From assembly GCA_951406725.2 (NCBI GenBank), contig OX597836.1, forward strand, positions 28,830,001 to 28,894,000: DNA of 64,000 nt. The letters are read 5' to 3'. This document shows, in pieces, positions 1-14,440 of the stretch (the first letter of the stretch is position 1; each line of letters begins with the position of its first letter). The stretch comes from Octopus vulgaris. Lineage: Eukaryota. The notes under the pieces are model-generated. The model was not told the origin of the DNA and did not search any database. It saw nothing but the letters and a program-made list of their open reading frames with translations. The position numbers and the translations under genes were made by a program.

Positions 1-757
1 GAACTCAGACCGTAAAGACGGGTGAAATGCCGGTAAACATTTTGCCCCGCGTTCTAACGACCCTACCAGCTCATCGTTTTGTATAAGTTGTTAAATAATA
101 TCCTTTGATAGTCCAAAGGCGGTGATCTGGCAGGATCGCTGCCGCTCCGGACAAAATGCTGAGCAACGTTTTTTCCGGTTTTACCATCTGACTTCAAATG
201 CTGTTGAGGTCGGTTTCGACTTCCTTTCGGAATCGATAAAATATGTACTAGTTGAGCCCTGGGGGATCGATGTAATCGATTTAACCCCCTTCCCCAAAAT
301 TTCGGACCTCGTGCAGATAATAGATAAAATTATTTCATATTCCAAAGACAGCGAGCAAGCAGAATCGTTACTACTCCGGACAAAATACATACCAACGTTT
401 CTTCTGGCTTTATGATCTGAGTTCAAATGCCGTCGAGATAGACTTTGAATTTCATCTTTTCGGGTTCAATAAAATAAGAACCGGTTGAACACCGAAGTTT
501 GATGCAATCAACTGGATCCCTCCCCACAAAATTTCAGACATTGTGTTTTTAGTAATTAGGGTTATTTGATGGTCAGTGACTCTTTTACTCTTTGACTTGT
601 TTCAATCATTTGACTGCGGCCATGCTGGAGCACCGCCTTTAGTCTAGCAAATAGACCCCAGGACTTATTCTATCGGCCTCTTTTGCCGAACCGCTAAGTT
701 ATGGGGATGAAAACACACCGGCATCGATTGTCAAGCGATGTTGGGGACACACACACA

Positions 758-809
<52 letters not shown>

Positions 810-1075
810 TATATGTTGTTCTAGAGAATGTTTAAGAAACCATAAGAAAATTATGTGTTTGTTTTAAAATTTGAGATTACATAAAAAGTATTTTGCGTAG
901 GATATGGGCAGTTCCCATGAGCACTATCTTTTGAATTTCTGCCATTTTGGGGGGTTCCTGGTATCTGAGCAAGATACCAATCAGCCCCTTTTGCTATTAT
1001 TCCCAGGGCACCTATGACAACAGGTATTGTTTTAGTCTTCAGGTTCCACATTTTGCTAATTTCTATTTCAAGATC

Positions 1076-1078
<3 letters not shown>
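810..1078 (-). mobile_element. 3' fragment of R4/Dong-like (RLE) non-LTR retrotransposon
   Basis: KDLEIEISKMWNLKTKTIPVVIGALG...IQKIVLMGTAHILRK is the typical RLE-clade C-terminus. Confidence 0.75.
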
Positions 1079-1117
<39 letters not shown>

Positions 1118-1132
1118 TCTACACTATAATTA

Positions 1133-1580
1133 AGGCGGCGAGCTAGCAGAATCGTTAGCACGTTGGACGAAATTCTTGACGGTATTTCGCCCGTCGCTAC
1201 GTTCTGAGTTCAAATTCCGCCGAGGTTGACTTTGCCTTTCATCCTTTCATGGTCGATAAATTAAGTACCAGTCAAGTGCTGGGGTCGATGTAATCGACTT
1301 ACCCCTCTCCTGAAATTTCAAGTCTTGTGCCTATAGTAGAAAGGATTATTATTATAATTGCTACTGTTGAGGCTGCGAGCTGACAGCATCGTTACTGCCA
1401 ATTAAAATGCTTAACGGCATTTCTTCCGGCTTTATGTTCTGAGTTCAAATTCCGCCGAAGTCGACTTTGCCTTTCATCATTTCGGGGTCGATAAAATAAG
1501 TACCAATTAAACACTGGAGTCGATGAAATCGACTGACCCCCTCATCCGAAACTACTAGCCTTGTACCAAAATTTGAAATC
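1133..1580 (+). mobile_element. Two tandem SINE family B copies
   Basis: GGCGGCGAGCT.GCAGAATCGTTAGC...GAGTTCAAATTCCGCCGAGGTCGACTTTGCCTTTCATCC...GGTCGATAAA. Other copies: ~1-70(-), 117-330, 345-560, 5720-5915, 18740-19040(-), 33570-33900(-), 40190-40395(-), 52937-53160, 56455-56830, 57620-57725, 59287-59505, 61220-61425. Confidence 0.85.
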
Positions 1581-1876
1581 AATTATATTTGTTGCAGTTG
1601 TTTCGCCCCAGGTCAGCTGTAATCAGGTAGACCTACAATCAAAGACATTCCTACCATGACATCTCTGGGTGTTTTCCAATTCAGTGTATCTACAACTATA
1701 TCGCGATCCAATGGGTCCGTCCTTGATTTGAGCGAGATTCTCCAGCCATTTCTTCGTAAAGGTTTCTCTGCACAATTGCCCGATACAAGCAGAAAAAACC
1801 TTGACTGTACGGAGAGGAATTTTTGGAGTTTAGCGCGAATAGAAACAAAAAAGAATTATTGAATGAGTGAAGTGAA

Positions 1877-1877
1877 G

Positions 1878-1923
<46 letters not shown>

Positions 1924-1950
1924 GAAGGAAGGAAGGAAGGAAGGAAGGAA

Positions 1951-2047
<97 letters not shown>
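1877..2047. repeat. (GAAA)n/(GGAA)n microsatellite; representative of dozens of SSRs, e.g. (AGAT)n 3360-3590, (AAT)n 10585-10777, (TA)n 12340-13015, 19390-19765, 24575-25068, 26825-27012, (TACA)n 33965-34600, (GGT)n 33240-33475 and 38270-38595
   Basis: Directly visible simple repeats. Confidence 0.95.
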
Positions 2048-2286
2048 GACAGGCAAAAGAAAAGGGAATGAAAAGACTGAAAAGGAATAATGGTTGGAAA
2101 GAAATCAAGAAAGAGACATGCGCCAACATACCTGCCATCCGGGATAATACACAGGAGGTTTCCGCGGTTGTATTAAAACCATCCTTGAAGCGATCAGTCG
2201 GCTAACGATTGACACTAATGTTGTTCTTATATATATTTATATACATATGTATTTATATGTGAGTGTGTGTGTATATATTTATGTGT

Positions 2287-2362
<76 letters not shown>

Positions 2363-3358
2363 TTATAGAAGAGAATTGAGTGGTGCGGGTAGAGATAATT
2401 TTGTCATATAATGAGAGCAGGAATCGTATCCTCAGTGTTTGGTTTTCCTCTATGTTATATAAAGATCAGCGTCAGAGATCTAGAAAAGTAAAAGAGAGAG
2501 AAAGAGAGAGACAAACACATATTATTGACCATTTGAGATGTTATCCGTTGTGCAGGTGCAAGGTTCCGGTGCTGTGGCTTTTCCTTCAGTGCATATATGG
2601 TGCAGTGCAAGGGTGATGATGTTATTAAGAGAAGCTGCTGTTCGATAGTTGCTCCATGCTTCGTGAGCAGCAATTCTTTTGCTTTTGAAATGACGCCTCG
2701 GTTTCCCATTTGAAAACGTTTCTGTATAATATTTATGTACGCGAATGTATGGTTATTAATATAGGGGCTTTCCCAACCTCAAACACCTGAATTCATTTCC
2801 CTACATGCGTTTATGCTTCTTTCGTTGGTAATACTTAGCTGTGTGCGTGTATATGTGAGTGCCTGTGTAAATATATATATATATATATATATATACTGTT
2901 GTTGTGTTGTTGTGACCCCCTTCGGTCACAAAAGTTACCCCTCGAGGCACAAGAATGGGCAAGGCTGTTTATGGAAGAGCAAGCAGTCGCCCATGCATAC
3001 CAGCCTCCCCTTTCCGCACCACCGATGTTATCTAAGGGAAAGGCAAAGGCCGATACAGCTTGGCACCAGTGACGTCGCAGCTCATTTATTAACGTGCAAG
3101 TGGCTGAACACTCCACAGACACGTGTACCCTTAACGTAGTTCTCGGGGAGATTCAGCGTGACACGGCTGGCTCTTTGAAATACAGGTACAACAGAAACAG
3201 GAAGAATTAGTGAGAGAAAGTTGTGGTGAAAGAGTACAGCAAGGTTCACCACCACACCATATATATAAAATTCGAAGAAAAGGGAAAACGGTCCCTTTTC
3301 TGCAAGCATCCTTCATTTTTTCACCACAACGATAACGTATTGCAACATTTTCTCCAGT

Positions 3359-3947
<589 letters not shown>

Positions 3948-4924
3948 TATATATTATATATATATATATACATATGTATGTATGAATGTATGTTTGTGTG
4001 TGTATCTGTAATGTACATATATACACACATTTACCATACAAATACATATACTCAAACATGCGCACATAAACTCACACCTGTACATATACATACATACACA
4101 CACACATAAGCGCACGCACGCATATGTTGTTGACGTCACAAGAATGAACAGAGAAGTTCGAAGGATTGCTTTGAGGCAAAAGTAGAACGCCTATCATGTT
4201 TACAAGAGATATGGGTTCGAGTCTTATGGACAACTTTCAACTTTTTCTATCCAAGGGGTTTTTCACCCAAAATTTGTATACTATCATTCATATCTACGCA
4301 GTTACATTTAAGCTAGCAGTTTCAGATCACAATTTCTGCTACAGATATCTTCAGCTGAACTGGTGTGGGGCTAGAATTCTTCTACGTCTATTTTCAATAA
4401 ACAAAGGCTCCTTTGTCATTTTATGTTGCTATTATTAGTATTGTTCCATAATGTATAACGTAGGGTATTTCTACCTATTAATTAGCTTATAATTAGGTCG
4501 GCAATTCAACCGATGTGTATTAATAATTGCCAGGGCTTCTAAATCATGGTTACACAGCAAGGTATCCAGATTATGTGAAAGTAATACTCCTGCACAACCT
4601 TAATTGCAATGCGTGAAGGAAAGCAAGGGAAAAGGCATGTCATAAAACTGAAAATGGCGTTCCAGAAAAACGAACTGAACAACTGAAGGATGGTCAGTAA
4701 TTCAATGTTGTTATGAAGGAGAGAATAAGTTATGTTTGTGTTGATTATGATTTTCTACGGTAAATTTGTGAAGTTGCTTAGTTTTGTATAATAATTATGT
4801 AATATTGATTAGTTTTCTGCGTAATCAATCTGTAATAGTGCATCATGTTAGAATGTCAGAGAAAATTCCAGAATTATGTTACGTAATAAATGATTTGTAC
4901 AGGGTTAAGAATAAAGTTCTAGGG

Positions 4925-5314
4925 CTTTGTAGTAAGTAGCTTGCTAACCAACCACATGGTTCCGGGTTCAGTCCCACTGCGTGGCATCTTGGGCAAGTGT
5001 CCTCTGCTATAGCCTCGGGCCGACCAATGCCTTGTGAGTGAATTTGGTAGATGGAAACTGAAAGAAGCCCGTCGTATATATATGTATGTGTGTGTATGTG
5101 TTTGTGTGTTTGTCCCCCTAGCATTGCTTGACAACCGATGCTGGTGTGTTTACGTCCCCGTAACTTAGCGGTTCGGCAAAAGAGACCAACAGAATAAGTA
5201 CTGGGCTTACAAAGAATAAGTCCCGGGGTCGATTTGGTCGACTAAAGGCGGTGCTCCAGCATGGCCGCAGTCAAATGACTGAAACAAGTAAAAGAGTAAA
5301 GAGTAAAAGAGTAA
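4925..5314 (+). mobile_element. SINE family A copy
   Basis: Near-identical to 46526-46931, slightly 5'-truncated. Confidence 0.9.
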
Positions 5315-6896
5315 GTTGCGAAATCACGCGGCAGCTTCGAAGATTCTAGGGTATTGTACGAGTATATAATGAGGTCCTAGTCCCAGTGTGCAGGCAAGTA
5401 GTAAGCAGAAGTCGGTCAGTGTGAAACCAATTAATAAAGAACTACATTCCACGAGACCTGTGTTTTGAAGACACCTAGCTGTGCACGACATCTTCTCTGG
5501 GGAAAGTAGCTTGCTGGACAGGTCTGTAGTTTCCCTGTTGCTAACTTTTACTGTTGGAGCCGTCTTTGTACAGAGGGGAGCCCACGTTTTGCAACAATAC
5601 AAACAAACACTACATATTTATTTGCGTAAAAGAAAAAAACCTACAACTTAATTTTGAATTTTCTCCTCGTTGTTAAAGGGTGCTGATTTTCTCGATAATA
5701 TGTCAAGTTGCTCCAGTCGTCGAGCTTGCAGAATCGTTAGCACGCCGGGCAGAATTCTGGGCGGCATTTCGCCCGTCTTTGCATTCTGAGATTAAATTCC
5801 GCCGAGGTCGATTTTTGCCTTTCAACCTCAATAAAATAAACACCAGTTGAGTACTCAGGTCGATGTAATTGACTTATGCACTCCCTTGAAATTGCTGGTC
5901 CTGTGTCAAAATGTCAAAGCACTGCCTGTTGCTCTGGGCTAAGGTAGGCCATAAAAGTCTATATTAGTGAGCCTGGTTTTAGCTACCATAAATATTGGTG
6001 AAGAACTCGAAATTTTAAAACAATGCAGGGAAAAGAACAAGTCAGTTAGTAAATGTTGGCATGAAAATAGATTTTGTCTTTACAGCTATATTAGAACACT
6101 ACCAGGTTCTACATTTCTTTTTCTACATACACGATACATCATGTAATCACATAACCGACCAGACGATGAGATTTTACACGTCGCTGGTCACAATGCGCTT
6201 TGTTATTGTTTTAGCCTTCAAGTGACGCAACACTGCTGACTAGGCGAGCAATCCAGCATCCCCCACCGCCGATCGAAAAGGGGGACTGGAGCAATGTGAC
6301 ATGAAGTGTTTTGCTCAAGAACACAACGCGCTGCCCTGCCTTGCAATTGAACTCACGATCTAGCGATCGTGCTTGCATCACCCTGACCACTGGGCCTCAC
6401 GCCTTCACACACGATAGACGCGTAGCTTTAAATGAACTACAATAGCTATTAAGAATAATGAATATATTAATACACGAAATAAATTGTCCTATTTACCTGT
6501 TTCCCAAGGTATTATCATATACAGAATTTCTTAGAGTGCCTCTCTTCCTAACACACATACTGATCAATATAACTATCTAGGCATCTATACAACTTCACCC
6601 AAACCATAATTTACATTGTCAAATAGGTAGGGCACTTTGTAAAATGGGTGTCTGTATAGGAAATGCTTATTATTTAAACCGACCATCTCTGGCCAAAATA
6701 TTCTACCTGCTTTGTATTCAGACTGGCTGAATCCGGCCCTTCACACACACACTACAATCTCATTCTAAAAATAAGAGATGCCACCATGCTAGATATAGCA
6801 GCGCAGCCAAAACTTGACTCTAAAACCGCATTAAATGTTCATACAGCACCATGAGACAAAACAAAATATATAAACTAGCGAAAAAAATACAGGATA

Positions 6897-6955
6897 ATTC
6901 CAGATCCCGGATTTCTGACTCTATATAAGAAATGCTTTGCCTTCATCAGTGGAAC
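6897..6955 (-). ncRNA. Type I hammerhead-like motif
   Basis: Minus strand GUUCCA-CUGAUGA-AGGC...GUCA-GAAA-UCCGGGA-UC|UGGAAU; stem I 6 bp, weak stem II, AUC triplet. Confidence 0.45.
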
Positions 6956-7261
6956 ATACGCAGATAGCACATAAATACAAATATATTTATATATATATAC
7001 AACCTGCGAATACTTACACATACAAATTATTACCTTTCAGGTTTTTATTCCCATGCTGGCCACCTGATAAGTTCGGTATTTTAAATAACGATCTTATCCT
7101 TATTTACATAAATTTATATATATATGCATACATACATACATACATACACACATAATACATATAGATAGATAAATATATATACATGCATACGTATATATAC
7201 ATATATACATACATACATACATACATACATACATACATACATACATACATACATACATACA

Positions 7262-7297
<36 letters not shown>

Positions 7298-7469
7298 TAT
7301 GTATATACATACGACGGGCTTCTTTCAGTTTCCGTCTGCCAGATCCACTCACAAGGCTTTGGTCGGCCCGAGGCAATAAGTAGAAGACACTTGCCCAAGG
7401 CGTCATGCAGTGGGACTGAACCCGGAACCATGTGGTTGGTAAGCAAGCTACTAACCACACAGCCACTCC

Positions 7470-7500
<31 letters not shown>

Positions 7501-7504
7501 CATG

Positions 7505-7723
7505 TACAGGAGGAGATGCTGAAAAATTCCTGGTTTTAAGGGCTTTGCGAAAGGCTTGGCTGAAGGCCTAACTTTCTGAGTTCTTTTACAGGGCTTAGAA
7601 AACTGAAGTACCACAGCAATAAGTGTGTGAATCTGAGAAGGAGATTCATTGAATAAAATCATACTCAACTGGCTCTCCTGTATTTTCTTTTACCCAAAGC
7701 CAGGAAATTTTCAGCCACCCCCC
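7505..7723. mobile_element. Tc1/mariner-type MITE (second copy ~41005-41258, opposite orientation)
   Basis: Imperfect TIR G.GG.TGCTGAAAA.TTCCTGG.TTT at both ends; internal sequence shared with the 41 kb copy. Confidence 0.6.
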
Positions 7724-7776
7724 ACACCTCGCGCATGCGCGCACACACACATGCACGCGCGTACATATATATATTA

Positions 7777-7820
<44 letters not shown>

Positions 7821-7822
<2 letters not shown>

Positions 7823-8215
7823 TGCAGGAGTGGCCGTGTGGTAAGTAGCTTGCTTACCAACCACATGGTTCCGGGTTCAGTCCCACTGCGTGGTACCTTG
7901 GGCAAGTGTCTTCTACTCTAGCCTCGGGCCGACCAAAGCCTTGTGAGTGGATTTGGTAAACGGAAACTGAAAGAAGCCCGTCGTATATATGTATGTATAT
8001 ATGTGTATGCATGTATGTTTGTGTGTCTGTTTGTCCCTCTAGCATTGCTTGACAACCGATGCTGGTGTTTATGTCCCCGTTACTTAGCGGTTCGGCAAAA
8101 GAGACCGATAGAATAAGTACTGGGCTTACAAAGAATAAGTCCTGGGGTCGATTTGCTCGACTAAAGGCGGTGCTCCAGCATGGCCACAGTCAAATGACAG
8201 AAACAAGTAAAAGAG
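7821..8215 (+). mobile_element. SINE family A, full-length copy
   Basis: Near-identical to 46526-46931. Confidence 0.9.
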
Positions 8216-8384
8216 TATATATATACACACATATAAATTTGACATGAGCGAGTCTTTCTTGTCTTGGGATTCACAGTCAAACGGCTGGTTAGAATTGCGC
8301 GAAAAATTACACAGATGTATAGAATGATACGGTGGTGATGCTGGGCATTGTATTTTTTCATAGCTCTCATGGTTACCTAGATAA

Positions 8385-8781
8385 TCTACTATAATATTAC
8401 TCTTGTGTTTATGAATGAGAAGGGAAGTGGTGATAGATGAATAAGGAAGGAAGGGGTGAGTGTTTCAACCCTGCGTGAATACATGTGTGTGTATGTAAAA
8501 GGAGGGTATGTGAATGAGTGTGTGTGTGTGTGTGTGTGTGCATGCGCATTGGAAGAGGGATGGTTCATCTTTGTTAGCTTAATTATATACGTTTATTCTT
8601 TGATTTGGAAGAATTTTGGTTTTGGTTTTTTTTTTTTTTTGGTTAGCGTTTTGACAAAAAAAAGTCATTCTAAAATTGTCTATTAACGTAAGCATGCCCA
8701 AACAAGTCGAATGCTTACACAGAGCAAATTTCACAGCCACATCATCCAAACCGACCGGGTGAAACCGGGCTTAGTTGCTAG
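8385..8781 (+). mobile_element. Non-autonomous Helitron
   Basis: A|TCTACTATAATA...CCGGGTGAAACCGGGC (hairpin) ...GCTAG|T. Confidence 0.65.
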
Positions 8782-8795
8782 TATATATATATATA

Positions 8796-8930
8796 TAATT
8801 TATTTTATAGAAGGAGCTTCTACAGGACTAGAACTGTTTCATTCAAATGAAATCATCAGGAGCTTCCTGATGATTTCATTTGAATGAAACAGTTCTAGTC
8901 CTGTAGAAGCTCCTTCTATAAAATAAATTA
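8796..8930. repeat. Perfect palindrome: 66-bp arms, 3-nt loop
   Basis: 8796-8861 is the exact reverse complement of 8865-8930. Confidence 0.95.
8859..8913 (+). ncRNA. Type I hammerhead ribozyme motif
   Basis: Stem I GGAGCUUC/GAAGCUCC; core CUGAUGA (8867-8873); stem II UUC/GAA with a U.U closing mismatch; GAAA; stem III ACAG/CUGU; GUA cleavage triplet (cut after 8905). Confidence 0.6.
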
Positions 8931-9012
8931 ATTTACTCTGCTATGTATTGAGTACCTTATTTACTGTGGTTAACCCCGACTCAACCCGGGACCTACATAT
9001 ATATATATATAC

Positions 9013-9073
<61 letters not shown>

Positions 9074-9548
9074 CATCACCTCCGAATTTTCGCCGAGGGC
9101 AGTTTTTAAATCAGTGAAATTGGTAAAATATCTCACAGTTTGTATTTACTGGAGACATTGTTGTAAAAACGCAGGCTGTTGATGAAATTTAGGAGGGTTG
9201 GAGAAAATAGAAGAAGATTATAAATGTTGACGTCATCATAACGTTTTAAAATTCACTGTCTCCTGCTGTATTATTATATTATCTACCCTTCTTAAATTTA
9301 ATAACCCTTCTGTGTTTTGAAAACAATGTCTTCTAAGATATGTATATATAAGCTCTGACATATTTTCCTGTTTCCTCTGTTTTTGGAAAAGCTGCCCTCG
9401 GCCAAGATCCAGGCTGTAGTCATTGTCTTTCATCAATATTTAAGAGCCTACTTTTAAAGTGAGTCATCTCTTTAGCCAATGCTTTCTTGGTTTTATACAT
9501 ATTTGATATATTTAAAAACACATTCTTACACCCACACATGTGTATGCA

Positions 9549-9585
<37 letters not shown>

Positions 9586-9671
9586 AGAGTTTACGAAAAA
9601 AACAAAAGACGAAGACAGGTGGTGTACAAAACAAACAGATGTATTAGTATAACGCTCAGGAATAGAAAAAG

Positions 9672-9709
9672 TCTTTTACGTTTCGAGCCTACGCTCTTCT
9701 ACAGAAAGA
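9672..9709 (-). ncRNA. Minimal hammerhead-like motif (core variant CUGUAGA), same family as 26331
   Basis: Minus strand UCUUU-CUGUAGA-A-GAGC gtag GCUC-GAAA-CG-UA|AAAGA, within a repeat at ~9583-9735. Confidence 0.45.
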
Positions 9710-9731
9710 GACACAGAAAAAACAAGGAGAG

Positions 9732-9849
<118 letters not shown>

Positions 9850-10647
9850 CTCACTGTTCAGATAAACCAGCTTTCTTCCCAGGGCCTAGTATTGGATGGG
9901 AGATAAATAATCCTTGAGTTTTACAGAAAGTAAACGATCTTCAGATTTTTACGTCCGAGTATACTTCTCGAAGACAGACTTTCTGACAAGAACTAAGGAT
10001 TCATCCAAATAAAACCATCAATGATAAAAGAACAAATACATCATCATCCATTATCTCATACTATTTAAATATGTTTGTGCGTGTGTATGTATGTATAGAA
10101 TACAATGCAGTTAAGCAAACACTAAACATACCAATCAACACCTTCAATAAATTTATATCCCTGCTTAACAATATTTCGATAGTTAAATCTTTTGAATAAA
10201 ACATATTTTTATGGAACGCTCTTTCGCCATCACGATTATTTCCATGTCCAGTTGCTAGATGGTCACTGTCTCAACGTTGGGTTTATCCGTCCTTTTGGCA
10301 AGTGCTGGTGTAAAAGTAAAGGTATATGTAACGGTATAGTGTATATCTATTCAGCTAGCCTGCGTACAAAGATGGCCGCCGAGCGCGCCTATCAAATGTT
10401 TTGTTTTTTTTTTCGCGAATGACCTAGCTTTGTAAAACCTGCAGATTTTGAGAGCTAGACAGAAATGGGTAAAAGATTTTGGAGGACCGAAAATTTCATG
10501 TGAAAAGCAGCAGGATTTGGTAAGATAGTGACGAAGCTAAATCGTTTACACATGTTTACAGTATATACAGGGATGGCCATTTCTAATAATAATAATAATA
10601 ATAATAATAATGATAATAATAATAATAATAATAACAATAACAATAAC

Positions 10648-10697
<50 letters not shown>

Positions 10698-10707
10698 TAA
10701 TAATAAC

Positions 10708-10779
<72 letters not shown>

Positions 10780-11577
10780 GAAATGGGTAAATCGACTTCT
10801 AGCTATACCTGTATATTGCGTCGACTTCTATGCCAGAAGATAAATTAGGTGAAAGAGCAAACTAAGATAACGAAGATTAACGAAGAAATTGCAAGTTTAA
10901 ACAAAAAAATATCTCTGTCGCCGACAAACTACTCGACTTTGAATTGCAGAAAGAAGACGAAAAATAATCACAAGAGGTCAATGTTCGCGTTGAACTGGAG
11001 AGATTTGCTGCAAGCGATACCACGAAAAACAAGAAGAGCATTATGCAAGATTTAATGCAGAAACATTAAGAATCACTGAAAGGAAACAGAACTATTCTTA
11101 TCATTTTTTCACAAGTACAACACTAGTGTATGTGTACGCTCACATACAGACAAGTACACACACAAACAACCACACACTCACGGGTACTCACACGGTGAGA
11201 AAGAAAGAGAATTTGAAATGAAAGGTGAGCCTGCTGACGTCGCAGTTAAAAATCAAAAATGCTTGCAACGAAGAATTATTTATCCATGAACGGAACTACG
11301 TAAATTGCTCTGTCTGATCTGTACAAATGTCCATGAGTCTTGATTGCGAATTGATTGTTATTAACAATAATTTGAAATGTAATGTGGATCTTTTTTTCCT
11401 TTCTATAAACGATTTAGTCGTGTCCCGAGAGATTAAAAGAAGTGGTTACGTCAACAGAAACAGGAATCATTTTGTCTAGTTTCAGGTTTCATTAAAAATT
11501 TATCAGAAAGATCACCTGTTATTCACAGAATATGTGTGAATGTGTGTGTGTGTGTGCGTGTGTGTGTGTGTGCGTAC

Positions 11578-11617
<40 letters not shown>

Positions 11618-11978
11618 ATATATTCTTTTATTCTTTTATTTGTTTCAGTCATTTGACTGCGGCCAAGCTGGAGCAGCGCCTTTAGTCGAGCAAATCTACC
11701 CCAGGACTATGTAAGCCTAGTACTTATTCTGTCGGTCTCTTTTGCCGAACCGCTAGCTTGTGGGGACATAAACACACCAGCATTGGTTGTCAAGCGATGG
11801 CGGAGTGGGGGGACAAACACAGACACACAAACATATACACACATGCACATACATATATACATATATACGACGGGCTTCTTTCAGTTTCTGTCCACCAAAT
11901 CCACTCACAAGGCTTTGGTCGGCTCGGTGGAACAAATATAGTATTATTGGACGCTCAGGAAAGAAAAGAAGAAGGAGG

Positions 11979-12013
11979 GTTTAACGTTTCGAGCGGAGCT
12001 CTTCGTCGGAAAC
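11979..12013 (-). ncRNA. Minimal hammerhead motif (core CCGACGA)
   Basis: Minus strand GUUU-CCGACGA-A-GAGC ucc GCUC-GAAA-CG-UU|AAAC. Confidence 0.55.
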
Positions 12014-12331
12014 ATAGAAGGGAAGACAGAGGGAAAAAAATCGCCAACGGTACACACGATGTCCCACACATATACATACATACATACATACATACATACA
12101 TACATACATACATACATACATACATACATACATACACGTATATAAGTATTTCCCTTCTTGCCTATCGTTTTCGTAGAAAAACGTGTGCTCGAAACGTTAA
12201 ACACTCCTTTCAGTTTTCTTGAGCGTTATATTAATAGATCCTTTTCGCTTTTTTTTTGCCTCGTCATTGGGTTTTTTTTTAGTGAGAGGTTGGGTGAGAT
12301 TGTATTATATACGTATGCATATGTGTGTGTA

Positions 12332-12385
<54 letters not shown>

Positions 12386-12409
12386 TACATATGTATACAT
12401 ATATATATG

Positions 12410-12441
<32 letters not shown>

Positions 12442-12868
12442 CATATATATATTTATATACATATATTTATATATAAATATATACATATACATATATATAC
12501 ATATATATACATATATATACATATATACATATATATACATATATACATATATATATATATACATACATATGTATATGTATATATATACATATATATATGT
12601 GTGTATATATATATGTACATATTTATATATTTCTATACACATATATATATACACATATATACATATATATATACATATATATACACACATATACATATAT
12701 AAATATGTGTCTACATATATATACATATACATATATATATTTACATATATACATATATATACATATATATATTTACATATATACATATATATACATATAT
12801 ATATTTACATATATACATATATATACATATACATATTTACATATATACATATATATACATATATATAC

Positions 12869-12967
<99 letters not shown>

Positions 12968-13117
12968 TAAATACATATACATATACATACACACACACAC
13001 ATATATATATATATATGTTGTAATTTAATTATCCATGGACTGATATGATATTTCGGAATAATAATAATATATATATATATATATATATGTCTATGTGTGC
13101 ACGTGTGTGTGTGTGTA

Positions 13118-13210
13118 TTAGCTGACCCCGTGCTGTAAAAAATGACAGTTAATTGTAGTATGTAAAAGAGTACAAAAAGGTGGAAAAAAATCAGTGCTTC
13201 AACTCTGTCT

Positions 13211-13262
<52 letters not shown>

Positions 13263-13788
13263 GTGTGCAAATGTATACATTTGTATGTATAAGTAATACA
13301 GTCTGTAGCGAACACGATTTTCTATACTTTGTCACAACCCGTTTCCTTGTTTATAAATGTGTGTAAATGCGTGTGTGCCTGTAATTCTATTTTCTATGTA
13401 TCTTTCTAAATAAACATACACAAACACATATACACTCACTCAAATATATTAATATATTTTACACAAACACACACATACACACACATACACACGCACACAC
13501 AAACATTCACATTCCCCCCCTTTTACACACACACACACACACACACATACACTCACACAGAGTTGAAGCACTGTTTGATTTTTGCTTCACCGTTGACTTT
13601 TTACCATCCCACTTCCATAGGTGAATCACCCCTTCCTTTCTCGCCCTAGGCAAAAAGTTCAAAAATTTCTTTTGCCCATGACACTTCCTGGACCCTAAGT
13701 AAGACATGTGTAAAATTTGAATGAAATTGGTTGTTTTAGGGATTCACACAGACAGACAGACACACATTCTCAGTTTTATATATATAGA
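13118..13788 (-). mobile_element. Non-autonomous Helitron
   Basis: Minus strand A|TCTATATATATAAAACTGAGAATGTGTGTCTGTCTG...CACGGGGTCAGCTAA|T. Confidence 0.65.
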
Positions 13789-14022
13789 TATATATTTAGA
13801 TAGATACTGGGGGGGGGGGGAGAATTCACGAAAAAAAAACAAAAGACGAAGACAGGTGGTGTAGACAACAATCAGATGCATTAGTATAACGCTCGGGAAG
13901 TGAAAAAGTCTTATATATATATATACATGTGTGTGGTGGGTGTATGTATGTATGTATGTATGTATGTATGTATGTATGTATGTATTCATCAATTAGGATA
14001 GTTTGTAGGGTAAAGTAAGCCT

Positions 14023-14440
14023 GGATCTTTTCGGTTTGAACGGCAGTTTTCTCTAGCGGTGTCATATGAAATTGTCACCCATAATTATGACCCTAGTATC
14101 GATCTATTGCATTTCAATCTGTTTTAGGGTTAGGGTTCGGGGCGGGGGGAAGGGCATCTTTTTTTCTTTACAAATGTAAATAAACCCAACCTGTTTCTTA
14201 AACGAGGGACATATTCATACGGCACAGAATGTTATTTACCTCAATAGACGTGAGTGATTGGTTGAAATTGCAGAAATTGAAGAAAAAAAACAACAAATAT
14301 CTGACAAACTATAGAATTTTCTCAATAAAGCCAAGAGAAAAAGATGTTTTACAAACACATTCTACCAGTATACGAAGTTTTAATTTTTTTAGTTACCTAG
14401 AAATTATGTTAAAAAACTGCCGTTCAAACCGAAAGGATCC
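14023..14440. mobile_element. MITE with GG-start TIRs and 8-bp TSD (Merlin/MULE-like)
   Basis: GGATCTTTTCGGTTTGAACGGCAGTTTT ... AAAACTGCCGTTCAAACCGAAAGGATCC, flanked by an exact GTAAGCCT duplication. Confidence 0.85.

Noticed and set aside
10528-10848. Poly-Asn protein; also poly-Thr/Val/Pro ORFs at 33.2, 38.2 and 39.4 kb
   Set aside because: Trinucleotide microsatellites with no splice or homology support.
12158-13335. Long ORFs (up to 270 aa) of YI/HT/CV/MYVC repeats here and at 19.3, 24.4, 33.9, 38.9, 42.8 and 48.9 kb
   Set aside because: Translations of (TA)n, (CA)n and (TACA)n microsatellites that lack stop codons; not genes.
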